Source: Carpediemonas membranifera BICM (lineage: Eukaryota; Protista; Fornicata). Taken from it: a stretch of DNA of 64,000 nt. A program made the position numbers and the translations under genes. This document shows, one piece after another, positions 1 through 12,415 of the stretch; the first letter of the stretch is position 1; each line of letters opens with the position of its first letter. Location of the stretch: assembly GCA_019828565.1 (NCBI GenBank), contig JAHDYR010000015.1, forward strand, positions 568,240-632,239. Direction: 5' to 3'. The notes under the pieces are model-generated. The model worked only from the letters and a program-made list of their open reading frames with translations, was not told the origin of the DNA and made no database searches.

Positions 1-271
1 CCTCCTCGCGCCCCCGTCGAAGCTGCTTCCAAGAGTGGCCCAGAGACTCCAGCAGCTGCACAAGCCATGCTCCGACGCGCCAGCTCTACAGACCAACGGC
101 GTGATGATCGTATACCCGTCGATCAGGAACAACTACAGGCAAACAATCAGGGACGTCGCCACGGCACACTTCGCCATGTCATTCCCGAAGGACACAGCGC
201 CGAGGGAGTGGCAGGCCCTGGCAGGGCCCCGCTCGCAGGTGCGCACAGAGGTCGCCTGGATCGCGACCTGA
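1..271 (+). CDS. C-terminal end of DIRS/Ngaro pol (methyltransferase-like tail), partial
   Basis: Reads LLAPPSKLLPRVAQRL...VMIVYP, similar to FPPWALIAHVLSKL...FLIVP in the DIRS pol at ~8660-8780; overlaps the YR ORF as is typical of DIRS. Confidence 0.6.
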   Translation, partial: LLAPPSKLLPRVAQRLQQLHKPCSDAPALQTNGVMIVYPSIRNNYRQTIRDVATAHFAMSFPKDTAPREWQALAGPRSQVRTEVAWIAT

Positions 272-1335
272 GAGCGGCAGGTATACTACTGCCATCACTC
301 ACAGACCCCATCGTTGAGGAGACCCCCAGAAGAGAGAGAGGCGAGACAGACCCCACGGTGCGGCACAGAGTCCAAAGCAGCCTCGCATGCATGCGCTATG
401 TCGAGCGGACTCGAGAGGATATAGCTGCTGAGACAACCGCCTTCCTGCGATACAGAGACGGCCCGAGAGAGTGCAACCCACAACTACCACCAGAGCTCCA
501 GTCAGTCTGGGCGCTAGCAAGTCCACATGGCGACCTGCTGTGGAACTATACCATCACTGAGGCACAGTTCGCGGCGGGGCAGCGACTCAAAACGAAGTTC
601 AAGTACATCAACCTTGGGCTAGCCGCCATAGGGCAGCCTCGAGAGCCGCGAAGCCTCGACCAGGACGTGATGAAGGCGGTAGCTCAGGCCGCAGATACCA
701 CAAGAGGAGCGCTGCAACGGAAGACCGGCAAGGCGATGCCCCTGCGGTGGGCCGTCATAGAGGCAGGCGTGAAGTCATACGGGGAGTGTGCGAGGTCCCC
801 ACACCTCTCACAAGCGATCGCGCTGGCGCTGCTTACCTTCACCACCGTCTCAAGGCTCGGCGAGACACTCAACCTGAACCGAGAGGACGTCATGCGATGC
901 GGTGACAGCCTGGTCGTGCGGTTTGCACGCACTAAGACGAGGAGAAATATAGTCAAGGCGGTCCCACGCACAGACGACGCTACATGCCCGACGAAGTGGC
1001 TGCTACGCCACCTGAGAAACGTCCCCTCAGGGCCGTTATGGAGAAGAACAGTGGCAGACGGGCTGACAATGGAGAACTCCACAGAGCAACTTAGAGACGA
1101 ACGAGCGGTCAGATGGGAGGTCCTCGAGGACATGGCAGAGCTTCTGCACACTTCGATCACGGGGCACTCGTTCAGGAGAGGGGCAGCAGTCGAACTTATT
1201 CTCAACGGCACACCGCTCACGGTAGCCCAAGCTCTCGGGACATGGCGAGACCCAAACTCCGTACTCGGGTACGTAGAGGAGGCGGTTAGGCTAGCTCCAG
1301 ATCTAGTAGCAGCGACAATCCCACGGACACGGTGA
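67..1335 (+). CDS. Tyrosine recombinase of a DIRS/Ngaro retrotransposon (element DIRS-1)
   Basis: Catalytic motifs SRLGE (R), RTKT (K), GHSFRRGAA (HxxR), LGTW, VLGYV (Y). Confidence 0.9.
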   Translation: MLRRASSTDQRRDDRIPVDQEQLQANNQGRRHGTLRHVIPEGHSAEGVAGPGRAPLAGAHRGRLDRDLRAAGILLPSLTDPIVEETPRRERGETDPTVRHRVQSSLACMRYVERTREDIAAETTAFLRYRDGPRECNPQLPPELQSVWALASPHGDLLWNYTITEAQFAAGQRLKTKFKYINLGLAAIGQPREPRSLDQDVMKAVAQAADTTRGALQRKTGKAMPLRWAVIEAGVKSYGECARSPHLSQAIALALLTFTTVSRLGETLNLNREDVMRCGDSLVVRFARTKTRRNIVKAVPRTDDATCPTKWLLRHLRNVPSGPLWRRTVADGLTMENSTEQLRDERAVRWEVLEDMAELLHTSITGHSFRRGAAVELILNGTPLTVAQALGTWRDPNSVLGYVEEAVRLAPDLVAATIPRTR

Positions 1336-1752
1336 TGGGATGGAACATCCTTTCGCTTTGTAATCTGATCGTGGTAATCGTGCCTAGCACGTAGGTGAGC
1401 GGAGCGCCACGCCCACGCTTCGGCTGAGCGGTCGAGGTTAATCTGATCGAATTGATTCCGATCAAATCGTCGCAGTTCAGGAAAGAGAGCAAAGAATGGC
1501 AAGCATGAACCGCGACGCAGCCGGTGGGCTGCTATCCTCCCGAACGGGAGTGACTCCGGGGTCCCGGCCAACACGGCCGAGGTAAGCGGGCCCTGGTGAG
1601 AGGAGTTTACTACTTACACTAGAACACACAATCGATAATAAACTCTTCTCCCCCCCCTATGGGATATAGACGTAGCGCTGAAGACGTATGGCCACATTTA
1701 CTCCACCTGACTCAATCATACCTGAAGGACTGACTTCTGGAGACTCGAACAG

Positions 1753-2359
1753 ATGGCTGAAGAAACAACACAGGGCGAAGCACCTGTGACCGAAGGTAAT
1801 ATCGAACAGCCTGAAGCTACTCTTCAGCAGATCATCCAACAGCAGCAGCAGCAGCTTGCTCTGCTTACTTCTCAGAACGAACGAATGCAAACATCCATTT
1901 CGGCGCTCCTCGCGATCCAGCAGCGGAAAAAGTGGGCTACCTTGAAGTCTATTGGTATGAGAGAGGAGGCTGAGAACCTCGAGGAGATGTTCGAGGACTT
2001 TCTCTTCTCCAAATGCACGCCCAACAAGATCGCCATTAAGATGGTCTGTCGCTACTACTTCCTCTACGCCAAGGACACATACGAGGACCCCGCTTTCGCC
2101 CTCGTCCTCAAGGCGAAGTTCGACGACCTTCTGGCTCGAGACGAGCTCCAGACCGAGCAGCAGGTGAAGGACACATACATCACGATCCTCTCTAAGCAAC
2201 GCACCCCTGATGTGATCAAGTCAATAATAGTCAAGTCAACGGAGGTTGATTAGTTCATTTAAATAGTTCTCTTCTAGGGACAACACCCCCCCCCCAGTTA
2301 AGCGCAAGGCTAAGGATTTTTTTCGGGACCCCCATCCAAACAACCGCCGAGCCAAGTAA
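1753..2359 (+). CDS. Gag-like ORF1 of element DIRS-2, interrupted by the solo LTR at 2208-2285
   Basis: Removing the solo LTR and one CCCC restores the frame: ...KQRTPPPVKRKAKDFFRDPHPNNRRAK*; overlaps the RT frame at a T7 run. Confidence 0.6.
2208..2285. mobile_element. Solo LTR (78 bp, TG...CA) with CCCC target-site duplication
   Basis: cccc|TGATGTG...GGACAACA|cccc; AT-rich insert whose removal restores the DIRS gag frame. Confidence 0.7.
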
Positions 2360-2745
2360 CTTTCCCATCCGCGAACCGTCGCTGGGTGCGGTGGGAACAC
2401 CTTGGTGCGTCTCCTCAGGTAGTGGCATGGCTAAGGGACGGGGTTCCCATAGACCTGACTGGTCCCCCATCTCCCCCGCCGTCGAAACCCTCCTCCTGTC
2501 CGCGAATCCAAGCCATCCTCGACGACCTGGTCCTCTCGGGGGCTCTCTCCCCAGTTTCCCCAGCCTCCCTTCGGCTGGTCTCGCCGATTTTCTCCGTGCC
2601 AAAGGGCCTCCAGGACATCAGGGTCATTCACGACTTGAGAGAACTCAACAAAGTCACACGGGAGACTCAAACGTTCCGCCTGAGGGGAATCCGACGAGCC
2701 ATATCTCTGCTCGGCCGGGACTACCACATGATGAAACTAGACCTC
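2317..2745 (+). CDS. DIRS-2 reverse transcriptase, N-terminal part (split by the Gypsy-1 insertion)
   Basis: SPIFSVPK, RVIHDLRELN, MMKLDL; joins in frame to KAGYHQ at 7433. Confidence 0.85.
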
Positions 2746-2802
2746 TGAGAGCCAGTGCAGTTTATGTAAACAGATCTACCTGCGCAAGCCAACAATGGCA
2801 CA
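2746..2802 (+). repeat. Gypsy-1 5' LTR (57 bp)
   Basis: Identical to 7372-7428, TG...CA ends. Confidence 0.95.
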
Positions 2803-5800
2803 ATATCGATATTCTGCTTCTACAGAATCACACAGTGGTCTATCCGTGATAGACGTCTCTTCCCTCACAACGGGGTACGAGATCTGGTTACGGGAAGTCG
2901 GTAACGTCAAAAGACCCCGTTCTTTCCCCCACGCATTCACGGCAAAGACCCTCGAGCTTCTACAAGCCACATGGCGGCCCACCTCCACGTTCCCGACCTT
3001 CGAGTCGTTCTGGGACTCCCTTATCCCTGACGTGGTCTCGCAGGCACAACACGCCAAGCAAGAACCTGACAGACACGCCACGTCGTGCCGCGCAAGATAC
3101 CGCGCGATCATCGACGCTCTGCAGGACGATCTCTTCTTGCTCTGTGCTGCAGCCGCCAACACCTATAAGGACAGCCCGCTTCTCGACCCGGCGATGCGCC
3201 GGATGCAGGCTGTTTACGACCGCGCCGAGGCCGAGCTGAACGATAAGCTCGCCAGCCTCTGCACGGCCAGCCACGACCGCCACGAGGCGGACCCGGATGC
3301 GACCCTCACCTTCGCGACGCTAACGAACCCCCTGGACGACAAACCGGCCCGATCGGCCGCGGATGTCGCGAGAATCGTCAACTCTCTCCCGTCAGCGGCA
3401 ACGGCCGCCCCCTCCGCCCCCGTGTCCGTGCGTGACCAGCTTCGCGCCGAGGCCAGGACCATCCTGCCTCACCTGTACCTTACCCTGATGCCAACACTCG
3501 ACCGCGGTGCACGCCTCAAGGCCATCACAAGCAAGGGCACCCAACTGTACGGCCAGAACGCGGCCCACCGCCTTAACACTCTGCGCCTGCAGAAGGCGTG
3601 CGACGGGTACAACCCCGTCGTCGAGGCCGATGGCTACCATAAGATCCCCGACAGCGCCCTCCGCGCTGCGGTCCGGTCTGTCGCCCTCAAGGGATACGAC
3701 GACGACGCGATCCCGCTATACGAGGCGCTGATCGAGCGGGATTCGGACGGCAACTGGCGTCCCGCCCGCGACTGCATAGACGCCCTCTCGACCCTCGAGA
3801 CCGACCATCTCGGCCAGATCGTCGTCCCCTGGCAGGCCTATGCCGTGTCGACCAAGACGAAGCCGATCCCGGCCGACAACAAGGCACCGCATGATAACAG
3901 TCAGTGCTCGAACAAGGACACCTCTGCTCGCGAGGGCCAGCCGCTGAAGCCGAAGGCCCACAAGGTCGAAGGCCAGGACCCGTTCAAGCAGTTTAAGGAC
4001 AAGGAGCATTTCTACATCCCGAAGTCTTTCAATCGCTGGTGTGACAGGCATGGCTGGAACTCAAAGCATACAACCAAGGACTGCGGAGCGAACCAACGCG
4101 ATGGCGCCGTCGGCGAGGTCCAAACGACCTCCATTCCCATACAGACAACCGTAACGGTCGCCGGAACCGTCCAACTTCCAGCCAAGCTCGACACTGGCGC
4201 AGATGTCTGCGTCATATCCGAGCACCTCGCCCCAAAGATACCAGGAAACATCCAATGGCGCGAGTCGGACCTCCGCCTGTTCGCCGCGGACGACCGCGTT
4301 ATCTCCGCGGGCAAGATCGCCACCATGTCCATCACACTCCCTGGCATGGATGGCAAAACCGTCACGCTCGACTGGGACGTCCACATGATCACAGGCACCA
4401 GCGACAGGATGCTGATCGGCAAGGACCTCCTCAGGCACATCGGCTACGTCCTCAACGACCGCCTACTGATACTCCCGTCCGAGAAGCCGGATGATAAGGA
4501 CGATCTAGAAGAGCACAACATGATCGACGCCGACGTCTTCGAAGCGGCGTCAACCTCGGACTCGAAGCATTCGCTCGCCGTCACGATCCCGGACGACCAC
4601 GGCACCGAGTTCGCCAACAAGGTCCGAAGCATCGTCGAGGAGTTCGATGAGGTGTTCGACCCGGCTCTCCCGCCCGAAGGCAGCAAACTACAGCCTCACA
4701 AGATCGAACTCACACGCGATTTTCACCTCAAGTGCCGTCCTCGACAGCTTGTCGGAGAGGCTGGCTCAGCCGCCCTCTCCGAGATCGAGAAGATGAAGAA
4801 GCTCGGCATCATACGAGACAGCCAGTCCGAGCACGCCAGCCGCCACACGATGGCAACCAAGAAGAACGGCGAACCCCGCTTCTGCGTCGCATTCAACGAT
4901 CTTAACGACGCCACGAAGGACGACGCCTTTCCCCTCCCCCGATCTGAGGGACCTGCCCCACGAAGCCGGCGGATGCTCTTACTTTGCATCACTCGATCTC
5001 CGGTCCGGATACTGGCAGCAGCTGATGGAGCCGGCCAGCATCCCCCTTACCTCGTTCGTAGTCCCCGGGCACCAATTCGAGTTCCTCAGGGTCCCGTTTG
5101 GACTTAAGAACGCCCCCTCCAAGTTTCAACGAGCGATGGAGGCCGTGCTAGATGGCATCCCCGGCCACCGGGTCTACGTGGATGACATATTCCTCTACGC
5201 ACGGACCGAAGAAGGATTCCTCAACACCCTGAGACTCACCCTCCAGAGAGCCAAGGACAACCGCCTGCGCCTCCGTGCGGACAAATGTACCATCGGCGCC
5301 GCCGAAGTGGAGGTCTGCGGATTCATCATCAACAGCTCCGGCCGCTCGGTGAGCCCAGGCCGCGTCGCCGCGCTGAAGGAGCTGCCCGCCCCCACCACCG
5401 TCACAGAGCTCAGACGCACGATGGGCAAGTTTAACCACCTCGCAAACTACCTCCCGCAACTCAGCTCAGCCACAGCCCCCCTCAACGCCCTCCTCAAGGG
5501 GTCACCCAAGAAGCTAGACAAGCTCCCTTGGACTGAGGAACACGACAAGGCATTCGCGGCTCTGAAGGAGCTGTGCACCGACAACAAGGCATTGGCACTA
5601 CCCAACCTGACCTGCAAGTGGACACTTGAGACAGACGCGTCCACAATCGCAGCCGGCGGAGTGCTGTGGCAACACGAGGGCGACACGAAGAAACCCCTCG
5701 GGTACTTCTCAAAGACGTTCACAGAGACCCAACGCCGCTGGGCGACGGTCGAGCAAGAGCTCTACGCAGTCATATACTGCATCACCCGGCCAGAGTTTAG

Positions 5801-7343
5801 CCAGATTCTCAAGCTGAAGCCATTCACCGTACTCACAGATCACAAGAACATCGTGTGGATGATTCGCAAGGCTGAGGAAGGGACGCGCAAGCTCACGCGA
5901 TGGAGACTCATCCTATCCGAGTACCCCTTCGACATCATGCATATCGCAGGGACAAATAACGTCGTCGCGGACGCCCTCTCCCGCCCCAGCGGCGCGGCGA
6001 TCAGCGAAATCGCCAGCAGCACCCACCGCTTCGACATTCAGCAGGCCCACGCTGGAGCCAACGGCCATGCTTCGATCAAACAAACGATCGCCCATCTCAA
6101 GGAAGCCGGCAAGACCTGGTCTTCCATGAACTCAGACGTCGCGGAGCACGTCGCGACTTGCCCAGTCTGCCAGAAGCTCAAATCCCACCCCATCGCCAAG
6201 GCCCAGTGGCATACGACCCAGAAGACCCGCCCATTCGAGGCGGTGCAGATAGACACGCTCGGCCCGCTTCCAAAGACGAATGGCCTCGCTCACGTGATCG
6301 TGTTCATCGACGTCTTCAGCAAGTTCACTGTGCTCAAGCCGGTTGCGTCAACCTCGGCAGAAGAAGCCGCCGACGCGATGCTCCAGGTGTGGTCGCTCTT
6401 CGGCGCACCCAGCCTGATCCAGACAGACCAGGGAAGTCAGTTCAAGAACTCAACCATCGCCGCTCTCAACAAGAAGATCAGCCTGAACCACAGGTTCTCC
6501 ACGGCGTACCACCCACAGAGTAACGGCGTTGTCGAGAGAGTCAATGGGACCATCATGCGCAGACTGCGCGCCCTGCTACTAGACTCAGAAACGACCGACT
6601 GGCCCGCACTTATCCCAATCGTGCAACACATTATCAACACTTCGACACACTCGACTACCGGCTTCACGCCGTTCGAGCTGCTTTTCGGACACACGTCCGC
6701 GCTCACGGCCCTCCCGGAGTCACGCATCATCAGCGCCGCCAAGGCGACGCAAGACACACCTACCATCCAGGCCATTAACGCATTCCACACCGACATACAG
6801 GCCATGCACGACGCAGCCCGCGCGAAGATCGCCGCATACGAGCGTCACAAGGCCGCACAAACCCAACCGGCGGACAACTTCGACTGGAAACTCGAACGCC
6901 TAGTGCTCCTGAGATATCCTCACAAGGCCCCATCCAAGATTCTGCCTCCAGTCCGCGGCCCGCTACAACTCCTCAGGGAAGGGAAGAGCCCCAACACATT
7001 CGTCCTCCGTGACCTCGTCACCAAGTCCGAGCTGCTCGTCCACCAGGACCGCCTCATTCGCTTCGACCCAGGCACAGCAGACCTCAAGACACTCGAGCGC
7101 ATCGCCGCATACGAACAAGACGAACAACAAGTCTCCGCCATCGTCGGCCACCGCGAGCGCAACCGACGCCTCGAGCTCCTCGTCCACTGGGAAGGCCTAG
7201 AAGACTCCGAGGACTCGTACATTCCGTATAACGCATATTACGACCGCCTCGCCGCCCTGGATGACTACCTACGCCTCAACCCAGGTCTCACGCCCCTCTT
7301 CGCACGTTACAAGCGGAAGTTCCGGGGCAATGGCCGCCGTTAG
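2795..7343 (+). CDS. Gypsy-1 gag-pol (gag, protease, RT, RNase H, integrase, chromodomain); one frameshift at ~4940
   Basis: CxxH-x5-H-x4-C knuckle, LDTGAD, YVDD, TDAS, H-H-CPVC zinc finger, IDTLGP/TDQG/ERVN integrase triad, LLVHWEG chromodomain. Confidence 0.9.
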
Positions 7344-7371
7344 CTGGCTAGCTTCGCCTTGAGGAGGGAAG

Positions 7372-7428
7372 TGAGAGCCAGTGCAGTTTATGTAAACAGA
7401 TCTACCTGCGCAAGCCAACAATGGCACA
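7372..7428 (+). repeat. Gypsy-1 3' LTR (57 bp)
   Basis: Identical to the 5' LTR, preceded by a PPT. Confidence 0.95.
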
Positions 7429-7432
7429 CCTC

Positions 7433-8862
7433 AAAGCTGGTTACCACCAGATAGGAGTGAGGGAGGAGGACTCCTCACTCCTAGGCCTTCAGACGGCCAG
7501 GGGGTACTACAAATACAATGTGCTGGGCTTCGGCTGGCAGGCCTCTCCATTCATCTTCCAGTCCATAATGATAGAGGCCGCGAAGATAGTTCGGAAGCTG
7601 ACTGGGATATCCGTAGTCGTCTACCTCGACGACTGGCTGTTCTTACACCCGTCGAGAGAGCACATGACTCAAGCCGTGCCAGCCATCCTCAGGATTATGA
7701 AGGACTTGGGCCTCGTCATCAACGCCGAGAAGTCTATCCTGACGCCAGTGCAACGCCTCGAGTTCTTGGGTGTCATTCTAGACACAACCCTGCAGCAGGT
7801 ATCGATCTCCCAGGAGAGAGCGACCAAGTACAAGACAGCTGTAGAGGCACTACTGGAGGCCTCATGCGTGTCGGGCAAACAGTATGTCAGTGTAGTTGGG
7901 AAGCTACAGTTTGCGGCCTCCGTCTCGCAGCACGCCATGCTCTCCCTACGACCACTCCAGAAGGACATGCAAGACCCACTCGTACCCTCCTATGTCCTGC
8001 CGAAGGAGAAGATCGACGCGCTGAGACATTGGGTCTCCCTCCTTTCCCAGAAGCTACCACCTCGATCCTGGGAAGACCTAAGAGCACTATGGGGCATTGG
8101 AGAGGTGATAAGTGTGTCGGCGACCTCAGATGCCTCGGAGAAGGGATGGGGCGCAGTAGTCCTCCACAAGGGAGACCCCCCCGCGAAGAGTCAGGGCCGC
8201 TTCCCGCCCCACCTGATGGCGGAGTCCATCATGGTGAAGGAGCTGTATGCTCTCGAGCAGGCAGTGCAGGCGACTCCGGGCCGCAACCAGCAGGTCTCCC
8301 TCTTCACGGACAACACCGCCGTCATGGCCTGGGTCAACCGGCAGGGGTCGACCAAGGCGCCCCAGTCGGCCTTCCCCATTCTGAAGCGCCTCTTCGACTG
8401 TTGTCTCTCACGAGGCTTGTCGGTCCGGGCCTTCCATGTGGCTGGCCACCTCAACGTGACCGCAGACCGGCTCAGCAGATTTGCCAAGCTGGAGTGGGCG
8501 ACCCCCTGATCGGTCTTGGAGAGGATGCAGGACAGGTGGGGACCAGCTCAGATCGATGCAGCCGCCGCGCCGGACAAGACGCTTCAGCTCCCAGGATACG
8601 CAGAGACATTTTGGACTCGCGAGGACAACGGCCTCAACAGGAGCTGGACCGGGGCGAGGATCTTCCCCCGTGGGCCCTGATTGCCCACGTCCTCTCCAAG
8701 CTCCGGAAGATCGCCGCCCCGAGCCGTCGCCATCCGAGACAGCTCCGCTCGTGCGTCTTCCTCATCGTGCCGAACATCACAGCTGCAGAGGTGATGGAGC
8801 TGAAGAGGCTCACCCAGTGGAAGATGTACTTCCGCGTCCCAGTAGAACAGTTTTTAGCCACG
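7433..8862 (+). pseudogene. DIRS-2 RT / RNase H / methyltransferase-like region, frameshifted near 8505 and truncated before YR
   Basis: KAGYHQ, LGFGWQASP, YLDD, TSDAS, KEL, TDN, ADRLSR; then IDAAA and FPPW in shifted frames. Confidence 0.85.
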
Positions 8863-11800
8863 TGACGACGAGAACGAGGACGATGACCACCAGCTCGAAG
8901 TAGGTAAGCGCACTGACCGCGACCTCAGCGGAGATTTCATCAACCTCGTAGACGAGATATTCCAGCCCATCGACGAGCTGGATGCGCTCGAGCGTTTCCA
9001 GGCCATCACCTGCCCAGATAAGGGAGACCTCCTGGAGAACATGAGCGAGCACGTCGTTAGCTACAAGAAGCAGCTGCGCAACTGTGCAGGCGTGACACCC
9101 GAATCCGAGCAACTGACCAGTTCGTCGCTGGCATCAAGAACGAGTCGCTGAAGGCGCGTGTTAAGGCGGCCAAGAAGAGCCGTGATCTCGACAGGACGTT
9201 CGTGGTGGCCTGCGACCAGGCTGAGGAAGCGGAGCGAGGCAGACGGGAGATGAAGCGTCAGAGGGAGGAGAAACCCCAGGCCGAGGAGACTAAGAACACC
9301 AAGTCGAAGCCCACTTGCAACTACTGCCACCGAAAGGGGCACCTCGAAAAAGACTGCTTCTTTAAGAAGAAGGACGAGGAACGTAGTGTAAAGGCTAAGA
9401 AGTGTTTGTCTCTGGGGGTGGATCCGACCGTTGGGTCAATGCTGTTCGGTCAGACGATGAGGCTGAACGCGCTTACGATGCGCTCGGACGAGCACGATGC
9501 CCGACCTAGGGGGCGATGCAAGATTTCGGACGCGGAGCTGAAGTTCGAGTACGACACGGGAGCGACGGCCGATTTTATTGACAAGACAGTAGTAGACAGA
9601 CTGCAGTTGCAGTTTGTTGAATGCCAACGTTCCGTCAAGCTAGCGACGGGAACGATACACACATGCAAGGGATACGTGGAAGCCACCGTAAGTTTCGGCA
9701 TATTAGAGCTCACCGGAAGACATACCGAAGGACAGCTGCGGCTGTGGGTGCTGGAAGGCATGATTCCAGCTTTGCTTTGGGCCTGGTTCACATAAGAGGG
9801 ACGCGCTGGGAACAGGACAAGTCCGGTGAGGACGCCGTGTTTGGCGAACTCGCAGAAGATGACGTCGATGAGGCGATCTTCGCGCTCGACGACGACGGGC
9901 AGCATGAGCCAGAGCTGTGTGGCTTGGCCAAGGAGACGCAGATGATACTGAAGATGTTCCCCGAGCTCTTTGGACCTATCACTGAGCCGGCAGACGTGAG
10001 ACCGTTCGAACTCACGCTGACAGACAGGCGTGTCGTCAACATACCACCGTACAACCACAGCCCAGCCGAGAGGGAAGACATGGTTGCTCAGATGGAGAAG
10101 CTCGAGGACCTGAACGTCATCGAGAAGTCGACCAGTGCGTACAACAACCGACTGTCCTGGTTTGGAAGCGCGACCGGACCCGCAGGATATGTCTGGATTT
10201 CAGAAGGTTGAACGAGATCACTGAAGACTACCAACACCCGCTACCGATTATTGAAGACCTGGTTGCCCGCCTCGAGGGGAAGGTAAGGTTCGCCAGCCTC
10301 GACCTGAGCAAAGCTTTTCACCAAATCCCGCTGACCGAGGACTCCAGGCCATTGACAGCATTCACGGTAGCAAAGAAGAAATATCAATTCGCGAGGATGG
10401 CCTTTGGCCTCAAGGGAGCCGCAGCCTATTGCCAACAGACGCTGGAGTCTGTGCTGGGCGATGCGCTCTGGACTAGGTGCCTTGTTTACATAGACGACAT
10501 TGTCGTCTTCGGCGATGACGACGAAGAGTACCTAGACAATCTTGCGTACGTGTTCGGCAAGCTGGATGCCGTAGGCCTCCGGCTGAATGCCGCGAAGACC
10601 TCGCTGGGCGCGACAAGGATCGATTACCTCGGGTATGAGGTCGACGGGGAGGGCAAGAGGATATCCCCGAGTCGCATGGACGCCATCGAGGAGCTCAGAG
10701 CTCCCACGGGAATCTCCGGGGTGAGAACTCTGCTCGGGCTGACTAACTACTTCAACCAGTACGTTAGCAGGTATGCCGACACAGTCAGACCAATCCAGGA
10801 CCTGACGAAGAAAGGCACAACATTTGTGTGGGGTGACGACCAGCAGAATGCCCTGGACGAAGTCAAGAGGCAGCTGTTGAAACGCATCGTACTCCACCAC
10901 CCCAAGCCCGGGAATGAACTTATTTTACAGACAGATGCAAGCGACGTTGCAGTTGGTGCCGTTCTCCTGACAGTAGTTGACGGAGTGGAGCATCCAGTGG
11001 CTTTCTACGCGAAGGCCTTTACTGACGTGCAGCGTAGGTGGAGCACCTATGAGAAGGAAGCGTACGGGATCTTCTACGCGATGTCCCGTGCTGAGCGGTT
11101 CCTGATCGGCAGGAAGTTCACCGTAAGGACAGACCATCGAAACCTGATTTACATCGCGACCTCCGCGAACTGCAAGGTCCTCAGGTGGAGAATGAGTCTG
11201 GAAAAGTTCGACTACGACGTGGTCCACGTCGCAGGTGTCGACAATGTGGTTCCTGACACCCTGTTCAGGCTGACGGCAATGACCCTGGATCAGGAGCGAG
11301 GAAGTCAAATAACCGCTGTACACGGCGGATCCCGCGGTCATCTGGGCGTGCGCGCGACGATCGCCGCGCTCGTCGAGGCCGGGCACGTGTGGAAAGGGAT
11401 GCACAGAGAGGTGACGAGATCTATCAAAGCTTGTCCAGTGTGCCAGCTCCAGCGTGGAGTTGGTGACGACGTGCCACAGTTCATGCACACGACGATGGGC
11501 AAGCTCCCGTTTGACGTCGTGCAGATCGATACCATTGGCCCCATGACGGCCTGTAACGGGTATAGACACGTTGTCGTGATGACTGACACCTTCTCTAAGG
11601 CCACAATACTCCGCGCAGTCAAGACGACTGACGCGAAAGGCGCGGCCGGCGCCCTGCTCGACTGGGTCGCGACCTACGGGATGCCCCGTGTGATCAAGTC
11701 AGATGGCGGGTCCCAGTTCTGCAACAAGGTCATAGACCGGTTAATGAAGCGCATGGGCGTGGAACATCAGGTCGGCACGCCCAACAGGCCCGCGAGCCAA

Positions 11801-12415
11801 GGGGCTGTCGAACGCCTTAACGCTGAAGTGAAGAGGCATCTGAAGTCTCTCCGTGACTTTACTACGTGACTTTAATATGGGGAAAGAATGGCTGACCGTG
11901 CTGCCGGTAGCGCAATATATCGTGAATACGACGGCTTCAAGCAAGACGGGACAGTCCCCAGTCAAGGTGCTATACAATCAAGACATAGTGACGCCACCAA
12001 GAGCGATCCTCGAGGTCAACGACGCCTCGATCGAAAGTTTCAGTCGTGCGGTGACGTTTACACGTGCAGTTCAAGAACAAGCATGCACAGAAGATGATGA
12101 AAGATCGCATGTCGATCTCGCCGACAGTCCAGTTCTCGTGAAGTCGAAAGTCGGCGCAAGGACGGTCTGGACTGGTCCCATGTGGTGTGACGCGCACGAC
12201 AGCTCGCCGAATGTGTACCTGATCAGGAACCTACGGACGGGTAAGACGGGACGCATCCATGCGGAGCGCCTCAAGATGTTTGCCACTGACGCTACGGAGG
12301 AGGAGCTCACCCGCTGGGTGGCCAGCGAGGAAGTCGAATATGTGGTCGAAGCTGTGACCGGACATCAGTTCAGGAACGGCAAGCTGTTCCTACAGATCAA
12401 GTGGGAGGGCTATTT
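8863..12415 (+). pseudogene. Gypsy-D: gag-pol truncated at both ends and degenerate, related to Gypsy-C
   Basis: CNYCHRKGHLEKDC knuckle, YDTGA, YIDD, TDAS, IDTIGP, IKWEGY; several frameshifts; no LTRs seen. Confidence 0.85.

Larger units (their letters stand above)
2746..7428 (+). mobile_element. Gypsy-1: full-length Ty3/Gypsy chromodomain LTR retrotransposon, 57-bp identical LTRs, CCTC TSD
   Basis: LTRs 2746-2802 and 7372-7428; TSD 2742-2745 and 7429-7432; PPT gaggagggaag at 7361-7371. Confidence 0.95.

Noticed and set aside
1336-1752. Terminal repeats of the DIRS elements
   Set aside because: Expected in this interval, but no partner copy is visible in the window, so boundaries cannot be set.
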